Part shown: piece after piece, positions 60,151-64,000 of the stretch
Position numbering within the stretch: position 1 is the first letter of the stretch
How the letters are laid out: the number at the start of each line of letters is the position of its first letter
Source of the DNA: Parcubacteria bacterium RAAC4_OD1_1
Lineage (GTDB): Bacteria > Patescibacteriota > Minisyncoccia > Phycocordibacterales > UBA9973
Assembly: GCA_000505065.1 (NCBI GenBank)
Contig: AWSN01000001.1
Span: forward strand, 132,247-196,246
Direction of reading: 5' to 3'
Length of the DNA: 64,000 nucleotides
Position numbers and translations under genes: made by a program
Notes under the pieces: model-generated
The model's input: the letters and a program-made list of their open reading frames with translations, nothing else
Database searches by the model: none
What the model was told of the DNA's origin: nothing

Positions 60151-61113
60151 TTAATGTGCACCTTCTAATTCGTGTTTATTTTCTTGGTGCTTTTCTTGGT
60201 GTTCTTCATGCTCATGATCTTGACTAGCAATAGTATAATAAACCAATGTAAGTATAGCAAATATAAATGCTTGTATTACTCCTACAAAAACTTCAAGTAG
60301 TAAAAATGGTGTAGGTAGTATATAAGCGAGCATTGCTCCCATAGACGCAAGTAGAACTTCTCCTGCAAAAACATTACCAAAAAGACGAAATGAAAGTGAT
60401 GCTATTTTTGCAAACTCTCCAATTAGCTCCAAAAATCCAACAGCAAACATTATGGGAGCTGTCATTAAAATCATTGGATCTTTTTTAATTTTAGTAAAAA
60501 TACTACCAAGTGCATTTAAATTTATAAATTTATTTATAGTTTTCCATAGTCCTATTGAGAGTATACCAAATATATTTGCTCCAAGAACAGAAAGGATTGC
60601 AAGAGGAAGTGTACCATTTATGTCTGCTGTCCCACTTCTTATAATGGGAATAAACATTTTACCGTGTTCTCCATTTTCTATAAGACCAAAACCTCCAAAA
60701 GGAAACATTCCAAGCCAATTGTTTAAAAGAACAAAAAGAAATATTGTAAAAACAATCGGAAAAGCTTTGTTTGTTATTTTTCTATCCCCTGTCACCTGAT
60801 CACAAAGTGATTCTGCTCCTTCTATGACAAATTCAAAGAAATTTTGTATCCCTTTTGGTATTTGTTTAATTTTAATTTTTATTATTATGGAAATAATTAT
60901 TAAAATAGCAACAACTATCCAACTTGTAAAAAGTGCATTTGTAACAGTAAAATTACCTATATGAAATATTGGTTCTGCATAAAGTGTTGCTTCATGACTT
61001 ATTTCTTCATTAGAAGAATTGGTTTCAATTTCTAAATTATACTCATTTGATATAACATCTTTATGAGTTTCAATATTTTTTTCTGTATTTTGTGTTTCGT
61101 ATTCTGTTGTCAT
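60151..61113 (-). CDS. atpB: Fo ATP synthase subunit a, with about 100 aa N-terminal extension and His/Glu-rich C-terminal tail
   Basis: Conserved R in LSFRLFGN, C-terminal helices; tail DHEHEEHQEKHQENKHELEGAH. Confidence 0.8.
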   Translation of the reverse strand: MTTEYETQNTEKNIETHKDVISNEYNLEIETNSSNEEISHEATLYAEPIFHIGNFTVTNALFTSWIVVAILIIISIIIKIKIKQIPKGIQNFFEFVIEGAESLCDQVTGDRKITNKAFPIVFTIFLFVLLNNWLGMFPFGGFGLIENGEHGKMFIPIIRSGTADINGTLPLAILSVLGANIFGILSIGLWKTINKFINLNALGSIFTKIKKDPMILMTAPIMFAVGFLELIGEFAKIASLSFRLFGNVFAGEVLLASMGAMLAYILPTPFLLLEVFVGVIQAFIFAILTLVYYTIASQDHEHEEHQEKHQENKHELEGAH

Positions 61114-61114
61114 T

Positions 61115-61387
61115 TTATTTTTCTTTAAATTTTTCTTCTATTTTTGAAGATATATCCAATTTCTTTTTATAAATTTTCATTTCTTTCCAAATTAAATAAA
61201 TAGTTACAAAGAATGATATTCCTATACAAATAAAAAAGAATAAATTACCAGTGTTTCTTTTTTCATCTAAATATTTACCTAAAAATGAAGCTAAAATAAC
61301 AGGGACTGATATATAGGCAGATACTCTACCAAACACCAAGACCCCATCTCTCCACCAAGGTTTATTGTTTTCTTGTAAAGGATTCAT
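61115..61387 (-). CDS. AtpI/AtpZ-like small membrane protein preceding atpB
   Basis: Two TM helices; operon position only. Confidence 0.4.
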   Translation of the reverse strand: MNPLQENNKPWWRDGVLVFGRVSAYISVPVILASFLGKYLDEKRNTGNLFFFICIGISFFVTIYLIWKEMKIYKKKLDISSKIEEKFKEK

Positions 61388-61488
61388 AAAAAGAAAATGG
61401 CTGAAAGCCAGTTATAATATATCAAATTATTGCGATATTTTCAAGTTTTTGCTATATTTATATTATTCTCAATTTTTTGAGTATATAT

Positions 61489-61560
61489 GCGTGTGTAGTT
61501 CAGTGGTAGAACGCTGTCCTGATAAGACAGAGGTCCTTGGTCCGATTCCAAGCACACGCA
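61489..61560 (+). tRNA. tRNA-Ile (anticodon GAT)
   Basis: Acceptor gcgtgtg/cacacgc, D-arm gttc-agtggta-gaac, anticodon stem ctgtc/gacag loop ctGATaa, T-arm cttgg-tccgatt-ccaag. Confidence 0.85.
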
Positions 61561-61567
61561 CAAAAAT

Positions 61568-61602
61568 AAAACACTCAGTATAACTGAGTGTTTTATTTTT
61601 TA
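61568..61602. terminator. Bidirectional terminator (aaacactcagt-ataa-ctgagtgtttt + T-run)
   Basis: 11 bp stem, flanking A/T runs. Confidence 0.6.
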
Positions 61603-61613
61603 AAGATGTATTA

Positions 61614-61913
61614 TTATCTTCGTGGTTCCATTGGACGAGCTTCGTTGACTGTAAGATTACGTCCTTCGAAGTCTTTACCGTTGAACATAGAGATAGCATT
61701 GTCTGCATCTGTGTCATTGTCGAATTCTACGAATCCGAAACCTTTTGAACGGTTGGTCATCTTATCCATGATAATAGTTGCTGATGAGACCTCACCTGCA
61801 GCACTAAAATGAGCTTTTAACTCATCGTTAGTAGTCTTATAAGGAAGACCACCAACATATAACTTTTTTGCCATATATGACAATGTGCTTCTTGTAAATG
61901 TACATTCATACAA
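61614..61913 (-). CDS. RRM-domain RNA-binding protein
   Basis: RNP2 LYVGGL and RNP1 KGFGFVEF motifs; noticeably higher GC than neighbours. Confidence 0.75.
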   Translation of the reverse strand: MYECTFTRSTLSYMAKKLYVGGLPYKTTNDELKAHFSAAGEVSSATIIMDKMTNRSKGFGFVEFDNDTDADNAISMFNGKDFEGRNLTVNEARPMEPRR

Positions 61914-62093
61914 TTACTCGAAGAAAACTAATTTATAAATGTAATCGTATTATCTCGATTTCATTTACATACCTCAATGTTTTAAATACACGAAGAATGC
62001 AACTAACCAAAACACTTAACAACTACTTAATATATTATATCACACATTCAAATAAAAAACAAACCCCTTAAACAAGTTTAAGGGGTTATATTT

Positions 62094-62324
62094 TTAAGCG
62101 CATATTTTCTCGTTATTTTTCCTTTTTTCTGGAGGAAATAATGAAAAAAGATTTATGAATGTGTAGAACATTGATACCAAAATTCCCATTATGGAAACAA
62201 CCGGAATCCAATCGCTTTCCAGTAATTTGATATCAATAACATTTGTTTCGTTATTAAACATTAAAACAATGAATAATACTAAACAAAATAAACTTAAAAT
62301 AAAAAGTAAAATTTTTTTTATCAT
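62094..62324 (-). CDS. Small membrane protein
   Basis: ORF/hydrophobicity; terminator hairpin 62058-62096 overlaps its 3' end region. Confidence 0.3.
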   Translation of the reverse strand: MIKKILLFILSLFCLVLFIVLMFNNETNVIDIKLLESDWIPVVSIMGILVSMFYTFINLFSLFPPEKRKNNEKICA

Positions 62325-62423
62325 ATCTTTAATTTTTAAATTAATATTTCAAAATTTCATTTATATTATATTATAAAAACAAAAAACAGGGTAGCCTTTC
62401 GACCACCCCAATTTCTTTTTGCT

Positions 62424-62636
62424 CTATATCAATTTATTTTTTGTTAATGATATAGAGATCAGCATGATTCCCAACAGCAAACCTCCAACACTAATTAGCA
62501 TCGGTATGTTATTGGGAAGTTTCTCTACAATTTCAAGGGTTTTTAATACCCCAAAATCTTGGAGTAAAACATATCCCCCACAGATTAAAAACAGGACTCC
62601 AATAACAAACAGGAGCCACAATAGTTTTGTTTTCAT
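62424..62636 (-). CDS. Small two-TM membrane protein
   Basis: ORF/hydrophobicity only. Confidence 0.3.
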   Translation of the reverse strand: MKTKLLWLLFVIGVLFLICGGYVLLQDFGVLKTLEIVEKLPNNIPMLISVGGLLLGIMLISISLTKNKLI

Positions 62637-62692
62637 GATTACTATTTTTAAATTTCAATTTTATATTACCACTAAGAGATTTTATGTCAAGA

Positions 62693-63661
62693 TTATTCTT
62701 CTTCTGAATCCCCTACTTCACCAGAAGCTAGAGCGCTGATTATTTTATCTATGTTTCCATCCATAACCCCCTCTATGTTTGACCAAGATTGCTTAATCCG
62801 ATGATCTGTAATTCTGTCTTGTGGAAAATTATAAGTTCGGATTTTCTCACTTCTATCGGCTGTGCCTATTTGGTTCTTTCTTTCACCTGAGTACTTTTTA
62901 GCTTCTTCTTCATCTTTAAGAAGTTGAAGTTTAGACATTAAAATTTCCATTGCTTTTTCTCTGTTTGCAAGTTGTTTCCTTTCTGTAGTGCATCTCACAT
63001 CTATTCCTGTGGGCTTGTGTATGAGACGAACTGCTGTTTCAACTTTGTTCACATTTTGCCCTCCTGCTCCACCTGATCTTGAATACTCCATTTCAATATC
63101 TCCTGGATTTATTATTACAGTAGTTTTCTTTTTCATTGGAAGAATAGCCACAGATGCTGTTGAAGTGTGTATTCTACCATTTTTTTCTGTAGCTGGGACA
63201 CGTTGCACTCTATGAACTCCAGTTTCAAAGCGGAGTAATTTATAACAATCCTTACCTTTTATTTCAAAAGAAGCTTCTTTATATCCCCCAGCATCGCTTG
63301 ATGATTCATTTAATATTTTCCAACTCCAACCTTTTTCTTCTGTCCATCTTTCGTACATATGAGCTAGTTCCCAAGCAAAAAGAGAAGCTTCATCCCCCCC
63401 TGCTCCAGCACGTACTTCTAATATTAATTCATTTGGGAATTCTTCTTCTTCTTTGTTAGATTTCATTATTTCCTCGATTTGTCTTTCTATTGCTTCTTTT
63501 TGAAAAATAAGATTTTGTAATTCTTCATCAACTAAATCTTTTAAAGATTCATCTTCTTTAAGCATTTCTTTTATTTTATCTTCTTCATTCAAAAGTCGCT
63601 CGTATTCTCCTGCGAAATAACTTGTTTTGTGATCTTTTTTTAGTTCTTCTAGATTTTCCAT
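62693..63661 (-). CDS. prfA: Peptide chain release factor 1 (PxT-type)
   Basis: GGQ motif ([11 protein letters not shown]) and RF1-type tripeptide in [16 protein letters not shown] (PAT rather than RF2 SPF). Confidence 0.7.
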   Translation of the reverse strand: MENLEELKKDHKTSYFAGEYERLLNEEDKIKEMLKEDESLKDLVDEELQNLIFQKEAIERQIEEIMKSNKEEEEFPNELILEVRAGAGGDEASLFAWELAHMYERWTEEKGWSWKILNESSSDAGGYKEASFEIKGKDCYKLLRFETGVHRVQRVPATEKNGRIHTSTASVAILPMKKKTTVIINPGDIEMEYSRSGGAGGQNVNKVETAVRLIHKPTGIDVRCTTERKQLANREKAMEILMSKLQLLKDEEEAKKYSGERKNQIGTADRSEKIRTYNFPQDRITDHRIKQSWSNIEGVMDGNIDKIISALASGEVGDSEEE

Positions 63662-63797
63662 AGTATTTACATTATAACAAAAAAATCATAAATAGTCTTA
63701 TCAAAGGGGCTTTAGAACTCGACGGAGCGAGAACCGCGTAAATTTTTTACTAAAAATTTACGCGCCCTTTGAGAAGAGCTATTTATGATTTTAGTAT

Positions 63798-64000
63798 CTA
63801 TTTCTTTGATTTTGTTTTTGCTACAGCTACACGCTTTTTGAAGCGGTCTACACGTCCAGCTGTGTCTATAACCTTTTCATTCCCTGTAAAGAAAGGATGG
63901 CATTTACTACAAATTTCAACATCTATTTTATCCATAGTAGAACCAACATTAAAGACTGCTCCACATGCACATGTGACTTCTGATTTGCTATTATATTTTG
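63798..64000 (-). CDS. rpmE: 50S ribosomal protein L31 (3' part in window; 5' end beyond 64000)
   Basis: Minus-strand translation ...[62 protein letters not shown] with CxxC...CxxC and HPFFTG motif. Confidence 0.75.
   Translation of the reverse strand, partial: KYNSKSEVTCACGAVFNVGSTMDKIDVEICSKCHPFFTGNEKVIDTAGRVDRFKKRVAVAKTKSKK

Noticed and set aside
62693-63661. RF2 with programmed +1 frameshift
   Set aside because: Carries the RF1 PxT (PAT) motif, not SPF, and has a single uninterrupted ORF.

Overview
This 64 kb window is low-GC (about 30%), gene-dense, and looks like a reduced Patescibacteria/CPR-type bacterial genome. It uses the standard genetic code: TGA is a stop at 18787-18789 and 25678-25680.

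Housekeeping content: aminoacyl-tRNA synthetases (leuS 3' end, valS, lysS); a split cell-wall/division cluster (murJ, ftsB-like, murE-murD, murC, PBP2, then mraZ-rsmH-ftsL-ftsI-murF); and a complete F-type ATP synthase operon in canonical order (atpI/Z-B-E-F-H-A-G-D-C). Also present: an eno-pyk-ldhA-like fermentative module, ribosomal proteins (L9, L27, partial L31), RF1, GreA, LepA, RarA, an ABC-F ATPase, a RecD/Pif1-like helicase, and six tRNAs (Gly-CCC, Arg-CCT, Phe-GAA, Glu-CTC, Ile-GAT). No transposases, CRISPR arrays or rRNA were seen.

Most interesting observations:
1. A roughly 260 nt composite tRNA locus (7736-7996). A canonical tRNA-Arg(CCT) is clamped by an 11-13 bp helix and nested between the 5' acceptor/D-arm and the T-arm/3' acceptor of a second tRNA-like molecule; the outer strands are perfect complements about 250 nt apart.
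2. A family of short GC-rich (55-65% GC) palindromic segments. Five sit in-frame inside essential genes (leuS, tsaD, murE, murD) and a helicase, mostly around a GTC-n-GAC core; the alkD-like copy is unresolved. They resemble Rickettsia palindromic elements.
3. tRNA-Phe is followed about 95 nt downstream by an exact 20 nt copy of its own 3' end, across a hairpin-rich spacer. This looks like an att-site or integrative-element scar.
4. A 577 aa cysteine-rich protein with duplicated terminal zinc-ribbon modules and an internal Cys/Asn/Tyr repeat core, function unknown.
5. Iterated GTGGG boxes over the mraZ promoter.
6. A cluster of nucleotide-phosphoesterase genes: a family-II-PPase paralog with substitutions at the His9-equivalent and the DHH motif, a Nudix hydrolase, a 2H phosphoesterase and a PgeF-like gene.
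7. A pyruvate kinase lacking its B and C domains.

All calls are from reading the sequence and ORF translations; no database searches were run.
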